Assembly: GCA_021824635.1 (NCBI GenBank)
Contig: JAKAKD010000001.1
Span: 2,351-66,350 of the forward strand
Length of the DNA stretch: 64,000 nucleotides
Reading direction: 5' to 3'
Origin: Bacteroidota bacterium
GTDB lineage: Bacteria > Bacteroidota > Ignavibacteria > Ignavibacteriales > Melioribacteraceae
Under the pieces are notes generated by a model. That model did not search any database. It was not told the DNA's origin and worked only from the letters and a program-made list of their open reading frames with translations. Both the position numbers and the translations under genes were made by a program. Positions 28,908 to 40,200 of this stretch are shown piece after piece (the stretch's first letter is position 1; each line of letters begins with the position of its first letter).

Positions 28908-30251
28908 ATGATTGAAACTAGATTTACTGCGCAAAAGCCAAACGGTCAAAGTATTAGTGGAAGTTTTAGTGAACCTTCATTTGGTGAAGCTAAGAAAAAG
29001 ATTCAAAAATTTGCCGAAAAAAATCAGCTCAAAATTCAAAAAATTGAGAAGAAAGTCGGCTACGTTTATAAAATTAAACGCGGTAAAGAAAAACCGATCA
29101 CAGGCGAACAGAGAGCTTTCAATAAAGATGAGGTTGTAAATGCTCTTCGTAAACTTGGCTACGAAGTAATCTCGGTCAATAGAAAATATTTAGAATTTAA
29201 TTTCAAACCACCACAGCAAGATATCGTTTCGTTTGTAAAAATAAGCGCGGAACTGTTAGAGCAAAAACTACCTTACAGTGAAATTCTAACTTTACTTATC
29301 AATGATACCTCGAACAAATCTCTCAAAGAAGCTCTAAAGCAGATTAACAATGAACTGAAAAAAGGCGCTGATAGTGAAACCACTTTTTTGCGTTATCAAT
29401 CTGTGTTTGGAAAGTTCACCGCATATATGCTTGGTTTAGCATCGAAGAGCGGTAATATGTCGGAAATTTACAAAGCAACCGCAAAGTTTTTAGAAAGACA
29501 GCAAGAGTTTAAAAAGAATTTGCGAAGCGCGCTTATTACTCCAATGGTAACTCTGTTTGTGCTTTTTCTTGCGGTACTATTTTATGTGGGATATATTTTT
29601 CCGGCAACAGCAAAGCTGTTTGTAAAGTTTGATATACCTTTGCCGCCAATGACGGCAGCTACCTTGAAGATCAGTAATTTTCTAATGGCGAATGGTTTAT
29701 TAGTAACGATTGTTTGCTTAGCCCCGCCGATTGCGATTTGGCAATTTAGTAAAACAAAAAAAGGGAGATTATTTTTTGATCGCTATATGCTCAAGATACC
29801 TGTTATGGGTTCCCTAATTCATAAAACATGTATTGAAGTTTTTTGCCGCGTATTTTATACTTTATATAGCGGTTCAGCCGAAAGCATAGAACCCATTCGA
29901 ATTGCAGCCGAAGCTACCGGAAATGTATATTTTGAACAGCAGATAAAAAACATTGCAATTCCTTTAATGATTAAAAAAGGTGTTGGAATAACGGAATCAT
30001 TTGAAGCTAGCGGAGTATTTACCGAAACTGCATTATCAAGATTTCACTCCGGCGAAGAAACCGGAACAATTAAAAATACCGCTTTTCAGCTGGCAAATTA
30101 TTATGAAAGTGAAACAGTATTCAGATTAAAAAACGTTATTGAACTTATTCAAGTTGGAATAGCAATGGTTATTATGATAGTGATGATTGGACTTACTCTA
30201 ATATCGGCTGAAACAGCAACCATTAATCCAAAATCACCATCAATGAAATAA
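28908..30251 (+). CDS. pilC: type IV filament platform protein (PilC/GspF family)
   Basis: Two T2SSF-type repeats separated by TM segments, with a third TM at the C-terminus. The N-terminal cytoplasmic region is of the GspF type (F.A....G....G). Confidence 0.8.
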   Translation: MIETRFTAQKPNGQSISGSFSEPSFGEAKKKIQKFAEKNQLKIQKIEKKVGYVYKIKRGKEKPITGEQRAFNKDEVVNALRKLGYEVISVNRKYLEFNFKPPQQDIVSFVKISAELLEQKLPYSEILTLLINDTSNKSLKEALKQINNELKKGADSETTFLRYQSVFGKFTAYMLGLASKSGNMSEIYKATAKFLERQQEFKKNLRSALITPMVTLFVLFLAVLFYVGYIFPATAKLFVKFDIPLPPMTAATLKISNFLMANGLLVTIVCLAPPIAIWQFSKTKKGRLFFDRYMLKIPVMGSLIHKTCIEVFCRVFYTLYSGSAESIEPIRIAAEATGNVYFEQQIKNIAIPLMIKKGVGITESFEASGVFTETALSRFHSGEETGTIKNTAFQLANYYESETVFRLKNVIELIQVGIAMVIMIVMIGLTLISAETATINPKSPSMK

Positions 30252-30274
30252 ATAATATTAAGGAAGAATTAACA

Positions 30275-32062
30275 ATGATTGATGCTCAGCTTGAAATGAC
30301 CGATAAGATTGGTTACTTGCTCTTAAAGAAAGGAATAATTGATCACAAAATTTTAGAAGAATCTCTTAAAATTAAAGATGCCGATCAGACAAAGTTGAAA
30401 AGAAATCTTGCACAGATTTTAGTTGATGAGTTTAAATTTGACCACGATATTATTTTTAGAGAAGTTGCAGTACTCTACGCGTTCAAAGAATTAAATGTCC
30501 GTCCGGAAGAACTTTCCGATGAACGTATTGCAGAAATAAAAAACTTGATGACCCGTCAAGGCGACGATGTAAAAAAAATGCTTCTTACTCACCGGGTAAT
30601 TCCATTCAGATACGACGATAAAATTAAAGATAAGTTAATTCTTGCGGCAGTTGATCCCACAGACAGAAATCTTGCTAAAGTTGCTTATACCTTAAACGTA
30701 AAAAAATACGAAATAAATTATCTTCGAAAAAAAGATTACGATAAACTAGTTGCAATTCTTGCACCGACTGAAAATGAATATCTAAAAATGATTCAAGAAG
30801 CTGGTGAAGAGATTCAAGTAGTTCAAGATGAAGCTTCGGTTAATGAAGAAGAACTTGATGCAGAAATTAATAAGAGCGCACTTGTAAACCTTATTGAAGC
30901 AGCGTTGGTCGAGGGAACCCGTAAAGGTGTCAGCGATATTCATTTAATTCCCAAGTCCGGAAATAAAACAGAAATTCATTTCCGTCTTGATGGAAAATTA
31001 ATGCTTTGGCATACACAAGAAGGAACTTTACCGGAAGCTGTTATGGCAGTTGTAAAAGATAGATCAAAAGGGCTCGATCGTTTTGAACGTGAAAAAGCTC
31101 AAGACGGCTTTATTCAGCGTGAAATAGATGGACACATAATTCGTTACAGAGTTTCTGTTTTACCTATGGTGGGAACTGAATTAAAAAATAAATTTGAAAG
31201 CGTTGTAATAAGAATTCTAGACGATAGAAAAGTAATACGCGATCTAGGCAAACTTGGCCTTACCGGTTATGCGCATACTGCTTTTGCTAAAGCAATTAAT
31301 CAACCGCAGGGAATGATTATTCTAACAGGTCCAACCGGAAGCGGAAAATCAACCACTCTTGTTGCCGCTTTATATCAAGTTATCACGCCGGAAAAAAATG
31401 TTCTTACAGTAGAAGATCCAGTAGAATATGTTATTGAAGGCGCTCGGCAGTTAAAGATTGGCTACAAAATGAATTTTGAACAAGCAATCAGATCAATTCT
31501 ACGTCACGATCCGGACATTGTTCTGGTTGGTGAAATGCGTGATAAAGAAACAGCAGAGACAGCTATAAAGCTTGCAAACACAGGTCACTTAACTTTCTCA
31601 ACACTTCACACCAACGATGCACCAAGTGCCGTTGCGCGTTTGTTCAAAATGGGTGTAGAACCATTTTTGATTGCTTATGCAATTAATATTATTGTTGCTC
31701 AACGTCTCATAAGAAAACTTTGTGAGAACTGTAAGAAAAAAGTTACAAACCTAGAAGAACATATTCTTCCTTCCGGTCTAGACATTAAAGAATGGACCGG
31801 CGCCGAAATTTATGAAGCTGTTGGATGCGATAGATGTAATCACACAGGATATAAAGGCAGAATGGCAATTCATGAAGCACTCTATTTCACAAAAGAAATC
31901 AGAAGAGCAATTGTTCAATCTGGAGAAGATGTTGATGAGGAAGCAATTCGTACACAGGCAAGACTGGATGGAACTATGAGTTTGAGAGATTCCGGCTTTG
32001 AAAAAGTTAAACTTGGATTAACCTCAATCCAGGAAGTTATTGGCGCAACGATGGAAGACTAA
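30275..32062 (+). CDS. pilB: type IV filament assembly ATPase (PilB/GspE family)
   Basis: Walker A GPTGSGKST, Walker B DPDIVLVGEMRD, His box TGHLTFSTLHTNDA and a tetracysteine CENC...CDRC. The N-terminal T2SSE_N-like domain carries a degenerate MshEN-type motif. Confidence 0.9.
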   Translation: MIDAQLEMTDKIGYLLLKKGIIDHKILEESLKIKDADQTKLKRNLAQILVDEFKFDHDIIFREVAVLYAFKELNVRPEELSDERIAEIKNLMTRQGDDVKKMLLTHRVIPFRYDDKIKDKLILAAVDPTDRNLAKVAYTLNVKKYEINYLRKKDYDKLVAILAPTENEYLKMIQEAGEEIQVVQDEASVNEEELDAEINKSALVNLIEAALVEGTRKGVSDIHLIPKSGNKTEIHFRLDGKLMLWHTQEGTLPEAVMAVVKDRSKGLDRFEREKAQDGFIQREIDGHIIRYRVSVLPMVGTELKNKFESVVIRILDDRKVIRDLGKLGLTGYAHTAFAKAINQPQGMIILTGPTGSGKSTTLVAALYQVITPEKNVLTVEDPVEYVIEGARQLKIGYKMNFEQAIRSILRHDPDIVLVGEMRDKETAETAIKLANTGHLTFSTLHTNDAPSAVARLFKMGVEPFLIAYAINIIVAQRLIRKLCENCKKKVTNLEEHILPSGLDIKEWTGAEIYEAVGCDRCNHTGYKGRMAIHEALYFTKEIRRAIVQSGEDVDEEAIRTQARLDGTMSLRDSGFEKVKLGLTSIQEVIGATMED

Positions 32063-32132
32063 TTTTACAATGCTTATTATATTTAAATAAAGTATTTTAT
32101 ACTATGCTTTTCACCAATTAAGACGGTTACTC

Positions 32133-33359
32133 TTGATGATTGCAGATGCAAAACAAGTCCTCACGGCATTTACCACAAAAATTCCTACAACTATCTTAGG
32201 TCCGGAAAGAGTTCGATATATTATCGAGCATATTAACGAACTTCAAGTTGAACAAAAAATGCTTCTGCTTAATTTAATGAATGATATTTTGGGGATGATG
32301 ATTGAACGTCAGGCATCGGACATTGAAATCGGAGGATTCGGCGCTCAAAATTTTGTATGGATGAGAATATTTGGAAAAAAAGAACGCGTAAAAGATCTTC
32401 CTCAGTTTTCCGAAGATGAAGCATCAACACTAATAATTTCTTTGTTGAACAAGACCCAATGCGAGATGCTTTTATCGGAAAGGAATTTGGATTTTAGTTA
32501 TTCTTTCAAGTATGATAAAGTTCAAGCTGTAGTTCGTTTTCGTGCAGATGCTTATTTTGATCTTGATAGTGTGGCTTTAAATATGCGTTATATACAAGCC
32601 AGAATTCGTCCAATTGAATCTCTCGAATTTCACCCATTCGCAATTAAAATGATGAGCCACAATTACATAAAGTTTGGGCTATCATTAATAACTGGAATTA
32701 CCGGTTCTGGTAAATCCGCCACACTTGATGCAATTATTGATTATCACAACGATTCCGATCCTTGTCATATTGTAGTTATTGCTTCGCCTGTGGAGTTTGT
32801 CCACAAATCACGCGCGTCAATTATCAAGCATAGAGAAGTTGGAAGAGACGTAACGTCATTCAAAGATGGAGTAATTCAATCATTACGCCAGGATCCGGAC
32901 ATAATAGTAATTGGAGAAATGCGCGATCCGGAGACTATTCTATCGGCGCTGGAAGTTACAGATACCGGACACAAAGTCTTTTCAACACTTCACACATCAT
33001 CTGCCACCGAGTCCATTGATAGAATAGTTGCAGAAATACATCCAACTGAACAAGAACGTGTTAGGAATAGGCTGGCAGATGTCTTAATTTCGGTAGTTTC
33101 TCAGAAGCTTATACCTAGTTTAGACGGCAAACGTGTTCTTGCAAAAGAGGTTCTAATTGTTACTCCTTCTGTTAAAGCGGCAATTAAGAATAACAATACA
33201 AGTGAAATTTACATGATGATTAATCAAGGTGCTCCGCAAGGCATGATTACGATGGAACAAGATTTGCTACGTTTATATGCGGAAAGGAAGATTTCTAAAG
33301 AAAATGCTGTCTCTTATGCCAATAATAAAACAAGAATTTTACAATTGATGAAAGGGTAA
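32133..33359 (+). CDS. PilT/PilU-like hexameric ATPase (putative retraction motor) with N-terminal extension
   Basis: Walker A GITGSGKSAT, Walker B DPDIIVIGEMRD and His box TGHKVFSTLHTSSA. No tetracysteine. 408 aa versus about 345 for canonical PilT. Confidence 0.75.
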   Translation: MMIADAKQVLTAFTTKIPTTILGPERVRYIIEHINELQVEQKMLLLNLMNDILGMMIERQASDIEIGGFGAQNFVWMRIFGKKERVKDLPQFSEDEASTLIISLLNKTQCEMLLSERNLDFSYSFKYDKVQAVVRFRADAYFDLDSVALNMRYIQARIRPIESLEFHPFAIKMMSHNYIKFGLSLITGITGSGKSATLDAIIDYHNDSDPCHIVVIASPVEFVHKSRASIIKHREVGRDVTSFKDGVIQSLRQDPDIIVIGEMRDPETILSALEVTDTGHKVFSTLHTSSATESIDRIVAEIHPTEQERVRNRLADVLISVVSQKLIPSLDGKRVLAKEVLIVTPSVKAAIKNNNTSEIYMMINQGAPQGMITMEQDLLRLYAERKISKENAVSYANNKTRILQLMKG

Positions 33360-33360
33360 G

Positions 33361-34917
33361 TTGAAACAGGTTGTATGTCTATATAATGAAGGAACCGATG
33401 CAAAAGTTGCTGTTTTATCCAAAGATAATAACGGCGTCAAAGTTCACCGTGTATCGTCTTTAACGGTATCGCGTTCAATCATATCTTCTTCTAAAAAAGA
33501 AGTAATGGTTGAACTAGAAAATAATGTGATGGATACCGATTTGTCTTTCGATAACCTGGAATCAGTAAGTACTGTAGATTCTCAATCGCGCGAAAGAGCA
33601 GATGTTGAGTTGCTTGACGAAGCTTTACATGATTTGAAATTGCGTAATATGCTCTTCATTCCTGTAGTAACCGAACCGATAGTAAACTACCATTCATACG
33701 ATGGACCGCGCAGTATAAATAAGAAAAAATTAATTCAGTCGGTAATTAACGATCTTCAAGCAACCAAAGGAATTTCAGTAACTGAGGACTTGGTTGATGT
33801 TACCGAAATGAATGAAAAATCAATGCTTGGAGTTTTTCTTGAAGGAGATATGCCCAGTGTTGATTTGATAGGTCAACTTGCTAATTATAATAAAAGGCGT
33901 TACCTAAAAATTCCAACAATAAAAACCGCTGAACTTTCTCTTGCTTATTATGTCTCAAAATCAACAAAATTTTTCCCCGAGGATAACTCGCTTATTGTTT
34001 ACATTGGAAAAGAATACAGCAAACTAATTTTTCTTGAAGGACAAAAATTAAAACATATCGGTTCGCCTTTAGACATCGGTACAAAGAATCTTCATACATA
34101 CGATGTTTATTTTTCTAAGATTCTACTCGAAATGGAAAACGGCGGTATTCCGAAACTCGATAATATTATTCTTTGCGGCGAAGACCGATCAGAAAATTTA
34201 ATTCTTTCCTTCTATGGAACATTTCCGGAAGCGAATGTATCGGAACTAAAATTTGAGAATTTCGATTCAACAGGACTTAACGAAGAAGATCAGAAAAATC
34301 TTGCTCTATACGCAGTTCCAATTTCGGCCGGTATCGAATATTTTGATGAATTAGATAAGACACATGTTGGTGTAAATTTTCTTCCAAAATATATTCAAGA
34401 GAATCAAAAGTTTTTACAATTCGGATGGCATAGCTACGCATTAATGCCATTCTTATTCGGCGCGGCATTCTTCTTTACTTTCAAAACACTTTCCAATTTT
34501 AGAAATATAAAAGAATTGGATTTTGAAATTGAACGGCTTAATCAGCGACAAATACAAAATCAAGCACTTGTTCAACAAATTACTCCGCTCGAAACTCGAA
34601 TAAATAGTTTTGATGCAACACAGAAAATTATTGATGATGCCAGCGAAGGCGCGGGGTTGTGGAATAAGTCTCTTGGCAAGATTTCTGATTTTGCTGAAAC
34701 GAGAAGAAATTTCTGGGTTAGCAAAATCGAACCGATTTCTAAAGACGAAATTAAACTTACCGGATATTCATTATCCCGAAGTGTTCTGACTGAATTTGCC
34801 GGCATTAATAAAGCATCGCTTCTAAAAAATATCAATTTTGAACCGCTAAGAGAGAAGAGCGCTTTCTCATATACACTTAATTTAAGATTACAAAACGATA
34901 CTACGAAGACTAAATGA
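33361..34917 (+). CDS. PilM-PilN-like fusion protein (actin-like cytoplasmic domain, TM, coiled coil)
   Basis: A ~350-aa cytoplasmic N-terminal domain is followed by a single TM (YALMPFLFGAAFFFTF) and a coiled-coil/periplasmic segment (EIERLNQRQIQNQALVQQI). Position and architecture match the PilM plus PilN roles. Sequence motifs are weak. Confidence 0.5.
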   Translation: MKQVVCLYNEGTDAKVAVLSKDNNGVKVHRVSSLTVSRSIISSSKKEVMVELENNVMDTDLSFDNLESVSTVDSQSRERADVELLDEALHDLKLRNMLFIPVVTEPIVNYHSYDGPRSINKKKLIQSVINDLQATKGISVTEDLVDVTEMNEKSMLGVFLEGDMPSVDLIGQLANYNKRRYLKIPTIKTAELSLAYYVSKSTKFFPEDNSLIVYIGKEYSKLIFLEGQKLKHIGSPLDIGTKNLHTYDVYFSKILLEMENGGIPKLDNIILCGEDRSENLILSFYGTFPEANVSELKFENFDSTGLNEEDQKNLALYAVPISAGIEYFDELDKTHVGVNFLPKYIQENQKFLQFGWHSYALMPFLFGAAFFFTFKTLSNFRNIKELDFEIERLNQRQIQNQALVQQITPLETRINSFDATQKIIDDASEGAGLWNKSLGKISDFAETRRNFWVSKIEPISKDEIKLTGYSLSRSVLTEFAGINKASLLKNINFEPLREKSAFSYTLNLRLQNDTTKTK

Positions 34918-35801
34918 GCAGCAAAGTTAAAAATACAATCATCATTCTGGTAATCTTTATTATGATCGGGCTCAGTAGCGTTGCGTATAACTTTGTTTAT
35001 CAAAAAGCGAAAATAAGCGAGAAGCAGAAAAAAATTAAAGACCTAAAACTTTATCAGCTTGATACCGAATCATTGAATATGCAGCTTGCTTTATTAACAA
35101 AACGTGTTGCAGAACTGGATTCTGTTTTAGCAAACAGAAAGTACAACATTCCATTCAACGTGTCTCAAGCTTCTTTCTTCGATTTTGTAAATCAAGTCAG
35201 CTATGGTTTCTCGTCACATTCATATGTCAATATTGAGTTCAATGAAACAGAGACCGGAACGAATTTTAATATTTTTCACTACACATTAAACGGCATTGCA
35301 GAATTCAACGATCTGATAAAATTAATTTATGCTATTGAAGAGAGTAAGCAGTTAAAGAAAATCGAATCACTTGAATTGTCTAACAACGTTCAAGTTGATG
35401 CCGATGGCACTCCTCATTATTTGGTCAATTATAAATTTAAGGCCAAAATTTATTTCTCCTCGGATAATAGATTTTTTGTAAAGGATTTGAAAGAGAATTC
35501 TATTATTCCTAATCCGGCATACGATTTCTTCTATCCGTTAATCCGAAATGAAATACCGCCTAACAAAGATAAATTGCTGGATGTTCAATCCGCCCAGTTG
35601 TTAGCATTAATACCAGACGGAGCGTTCCTGGTTGATGCTAGCGGAAATACTTATCTATTGTGGGAAGGTGATCAGGTTTATCTGGGATATCTTACTAACA
35701 TAAATTACCAGAATACCGAAGTGAATTTTGTTCTGAATAAAGGCGGCATCATTGAGAATGTTACTTTGAAACTAGTAAAAGAAAAAAAACTGAGTAAATA
35801 A
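34914..35801 (+). CDS. PilO-like bitopic alignment-complex protein
   Basis: N-terminal TM (IIILVIFIMIGLSSVAY), a coiled coil (KISEKQKKIKDLK...LALLTKRVAELD) and a periplasmic domain. It overlaps the upstream gene by 4 nt. Confidence 0.45.
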   Translation: MSSKVKNTIIILVIFIMIGLSSVAYNFVYQKAKISEKQKKIKDLKLYQLDTESLNMQLALLTKRVAELDSVLANRKYNIPFNVSQASFFDFVNQVSYGFSSHSYVNIEFNETETGTNFNIFHYTLNGIAEFNDLIKLIYAIEESKQLKKIESLELSNNVQVDADGTPHYLVNYKFKAKIYFSSDNRFFVKDLKENSIIPNPAYDFFYPLIRNEIPPNKDKLLDVQSAQLLALIPDGAFLVDASGNTYLLWEGDQVYLGYLTNINYQNTEVNFVLNKGGIIENVTLKLVKEKKLSK

Positions 35802-35802
35802 A

Positions 35803-37056
35803 ATGAAAAAGCTAATTACAATTTTAATCCTATTCGTGTTAACGTTTACTGTTAACGCGCAGATTGATTTACAAGATAAATTAAAGGGTGCCGTAAACCC
35901 GGATGAACTGGTTTCACTTTCCGAAACAATTACATTTGATCAAGCTATTCAAGTGCTGAGTAAGGTAAGTGAAAAAATCACCGGCAAAAAAATTATCTCC
36001 ACTGTTAATCTTACAACTCCCATTGGAGTAGAAATTGACAAATGGCCATATAAAAAAGCACTCTTCGTTATTGTCCAATATAACAATCTAATAGTTGATG
36101 AAACCGAATCCACTGTAATTATTAAAAGAAAAGATGAATCCAAAACTAAATTAGCAAAAGAAACTTACGCTCCCATAGATGAACGAGAAGTTAAAATTTC
36201 TGCTGTGCTCTTCGAAGCGAATATTGATGATCTTCGTGAAAGAGGAATTAACTGGGAATTTCTGCTGTCCCAATCTGGTCTTTCAATCGGAACTAAAATA
36301 ATTACACTGCAAGAACAACAGCAGCAACAAGCATCCTCGGCGACAAGTACAACAATAATTCAAAAACCACCAACGTATGAAATTAATAACAGTACAAATT
36401 TTACAACGGGTAAATGGGATGGAACAGCTACCGGGTTATTCAGATTTTTAGAAACAAATAACTTAGGAGAAATTATTGCTCGTCCTATAATCACAGCAAG
36501 AGATGGTGTTGAAGGCAAAACACAAATTGGCAATGACTTTTCAATAAAAGAAAGAGATTTTGCAGGTAACCTTATAGATAAATTTTATCCGACCGGAACT
36601 ATCATTACCGCCACGCCGCACATCTTCAATGAACAGGGAATAACTTACGTTCTTCTTAAATTAAATATTGAACGAAGCAGTGTAGTTGCAAGAGACGCTC
36701 TTAGTACGAATGTAAGCAAAAATGTTGTAACCACAGACGTTCTTCTTCTAGACGGAGAAGAAACTGCTATCGGCGGCTTGTTTGAAAATCAAGAAATTTC
36801 AGTCCGCAGAGGAATTCCATTTCTAAAAGATCTTCCTTGGTGGGTATTCGGTATTCGCTATTTAACCGGCTACGATTCTCAAGAGACAGTCAGAAAAGAA
36901 GTTATTATGCTAATCAAAGCGGAATTGCTGCCGTCACTTAAAGACAGAATCGAAAAAATTAAAGAAGATTCCGCGTTGCGTGATATACGTCAGGAGAATT
37001 TTGATAAGATGGAGAAATACAAAAAGCAGTTTGAGAAAAAAGAAGACCCAAAATAA
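35803..37056 (+). CDS. short secretin (type II/III secretion system secretin family, PilQ-like)
   Basis: Signal peptide and a C-terminal secretin domain (ETAIGGLFENQEISVRRGIPFLKDLPWWVFGIRYLTG...VIMLIKAELL). It is only 417 aa and carries a QEQQQQQASSATS linker. Confidence 0.8.
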   Translation: MKKLITILILFVLTFTVNAQIDLQDKLKGAVNPDELVSLSETITFDQAIQVLSKVSEKITGKKIISTVNLTTPIGVEIDKWPYKKALFVIVQYNNLIVDETESTVIIKRKDESKTKLAKETYAPIDEREVKISAVLFEANIDDLRERGINWEFLLSQSGLSIGTKIITLQEQQQQQASSATSTTIIQKPPTYEINNSTNFTTGKWDGTATGLFRFLETNNLGEIIARPIITARDGVEGKTQIGNDFSIKERDFAGNLIDKFYPTGTIITATPHIFNEQGITYVLLKLNIERSSVVARDALSTNVSKNVVTTDVLLLDGEETAIGGLFENQEISVRRGIPFLKDLPWWVFGIRYLTGYDSQETVRKEVIMLIKAELLPSLKDRIEKIKEDSALRDIRQENFDKMEKYKKQFEKKEDPK

Positions 37057-37210
37057 TTTATAAAAGAGGCGGCAGAAAAATATTCGAATAACATCAGACC
37101 GACTAATAAATTGCTTTCCATCTTCGATTGATACCAAGGTCTCAACGTATCATTGAAAATTACTTTTCCTTCCGCTTTCTTAATTTGTAATTCTGGAGGT
37201 CCCTCGGGAT

Positions 37211-40200
37211 ATGAAACTTAATTACCGTTTAATATTGATAACTCTTTTAATCGTTCTATTCATCTCGGTTATTTCAACTTTCATATTCTATTCGCTAGCC
37301 GGCAGACTATTAATGCAGCAGCAATCCAAGAATATTCTTAACTCTGCAAACGACTTTGCTTTTGTTTTTCAAAATGAACTTAGCAAAGTAGAAGAAGATT
37401 TTAAGAAAATTGCGCCGCGTATAAACAAATTCGACCAGATAAATTTAGATTCTACCGCAATAGATTTTTGTTTTACACTCGTAAACGACTCACTTATTAA
37501 TACGCACGAGTTCAAGATTAAAACCAAATCATATCTGAATATACGATCATCATCGTTCCGCCAGTTCTTCTCGGATAATCCAAATGTTGTTCTAAGATAT
37601 GCACAATTCCCAAGCGGTAGAACAGTTTATTACGGCAATCAAATATCATCGGATTTTCTAAACCGCATTTCGCAAAAAATTCGGGCGGAAGTTGCGCTTG
37701 TAATAAATGATTCCCCGGTTGAAATTTCCAATCCAGATAAAAATCAGATTCACCTTCTGGCGGTTATAAATGCCGTACGCGAATTAAAATTTAAAAACAG
37801 CTTCGATCTTTACACTAACGAATATGAAAACGCAGATTTTTATGCCGCGCTCTTTTTGCCAAAATCTTTTCTTACGCCCGGCGCTAAATTAAATTTTATT
37901 GTCTTCAATGTTTTTAAGGAAGGCGTAGAATTTCGCGACACTTTACGGATTGTAATGGTTATTATTGTAATTGCCGGAAGCGCAATTACATTTCTTATAG
38001 TTTTAGGATTCACCATCAAATTGAGAAAACAAATTTCACTACTTAGTGAAGCTGCCGAGATAACAGGAAAAGGAAATCTAGACCACAGGGTAAAAATAAT
38101 TACGAAAGATGAAGTCGGCAGACTAGGCGAGACTTTTAATAAAATGCTCGATGAACTTGTGCTGAATAAGAAGAATGAAAAAGAATATTCGGAATTTATT
38201 ACTCTCATCAATCAAAATCCGACAATGAAAGAAATATCGGATGCGGCACTAGCAAAAATTATCAAATCCACGGGCTTAACTTTTGGTGTGTTGTATATTG
38301 TCGAAAATAAAGCGCTTAGGTTAATTTCATCTTTTGGCGTTAGTCAAAATATTGTTGAGATGACACAAAATGCCGATCTATACAGTAATGCCATTGATAA
38401 AAAAGAGAAAGTTGAATTTCATTTTCACGATAACTTCCCCGAAATAAAAACCGGCATAGCTACAATCAAAATAAAATATTTAACCATTTATCCGATTGTT
38501 TATAATAAGGAAACAATTGCAGTGCTTGAACTTGCTTCGGAATCGGCTCCTCGTGAAGAAGTTCTGAATTACATATCTATTATTCATGACCAGCTTGCCG
38601 TTGGAATTACTAATGCAAAATCGTTTGAACAGCTCGAAAATTTTGTAAACGAATTGAAAAAACTAAACGAAGAATATCAGAAACAAAATCAGCATATAAT
38701 TGAGCAGAACAGTCAGTTAAAAGAACTTCACAGAGAATTGAAAGAGAAAGCGGGCGAATTAGAAAAACAAAGAGCCAAGGCGGTTGAACTGACTAGAGTG
38801 AAGTCGGATTTTCTTGCAAGTATGTCGCATGAACTCCGCACACCGCTGATATCAATTCTTGGCTTAACAGAATTGCTGATTAAAGATACGCTCGTTACAT
38901 CAAGAACAAAGGACCGCCTAAATATCGTTCACCGCAACGGCGAAAAACTTCTTGGGCTTATTAATAATATTCTCGAGTTCTCAAAATTTGAATCGGGCAA
39001 GATTGAAATTAAAAAAGAAAGCTTCTTGCTAAGCGATCTTCTCAAAGAATTAAATCCAAATATCAAACATCTAACATCAGAGAAGAACCTTAAATATATT
39101 TTGGAAATTGAAAACAACTCAAATGCATTAATAAATTCCGATAAGGGCAAATTGGAACAAATACTTCTCAATTTACTTGTCAATGCAGTTAAGTTTACGG
39201 AAAATGGTTCGATTAAATTATCAGTAAATATTTTGAGCGGGAAAGATATTGAGTTTATTGTTACAGACACCGGAATAGGAATTACCGAAGAACAACAAGA
39301 AGTAATATTTGGCGAGTTCCGTCAAGTTGACAGCAGCACTGCAAGAAAATATGGCGGCGCGGGATTGGGACTGGCTATTTGTAAAAAGTATATTGAATTA
39401 TTAGGTGGCGTTCTACAACTAAAAAGTGAAATCGGGAATGGGTCGAGTTTTTATTTCACATTATCAGATTCTGTGCTCGATGTTTTTGATAATCCTGATC
39501 ATAAATTTTTAACCCTTTCGGAAGATCTTAATGACGACGAAGATGCAGAATTAATATTAATCATTAATGCCAATACGGATTCTCTAAGACTTATCGGCGA
39601 TTACCTCGCATCGTATAACTATAGAATTATAACTACAGCCAGCAGCACAGACGGAATCCGCTTAGCGAAAGAAAAACTCCCGGCAGCAATTGTTCTGGAT
39701 CCTCTAATTCACGATCAAAATGTTTGGAATATCATTCTTGAACTAAAAAACAATTTAACAACGCGGAATATTCCGATCATTATTACAATGATTATTGAGG
39801 AAGAGAAAGTAGGTTGGGAGCCGGAAATTTTTGATTTTATCTCTTCCCAAGTTGAGCGTGATGATTTTGAGAATCTGATTAAAGAAGTTGAGTTACATTT
39901 TGATAATCAAATTCGGAAAATTGTAATTCTAGAGAAAGATGATACCGGTTATAAAAAACTTGTAAATATTTTCGGTGAGAAGTATGAATTCCTATTGTTG
40001 AATTCAGTAGACGCGGTTAAACAAAAGATTAAAGAAGAGAATCCGCAGCTGATTTTAATTGATATGGAATCGTTCAATATAGAAGCTCTGCAGGTAAGTT
40101 TTGATTTGTCCCGGCAAAGATTCACTAAAAATATTCCAATCGTTTTTAAACTTCCTGGTGAGTTTGATGACAAACTAAGTAAAGCGCTCAATTCAAAATT

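Noticed and set aside
36301-36345. CAA/CAG run (QEQQQQQ) in the secretin gene as a slipped-strand phase-variation tract
   Set aside because: It is only about six imperfect, mixed CAA/CAG codons in multiples of three. It is too short and heterogeneous to act as a contingency repeat, and is more likely a flexible linker.
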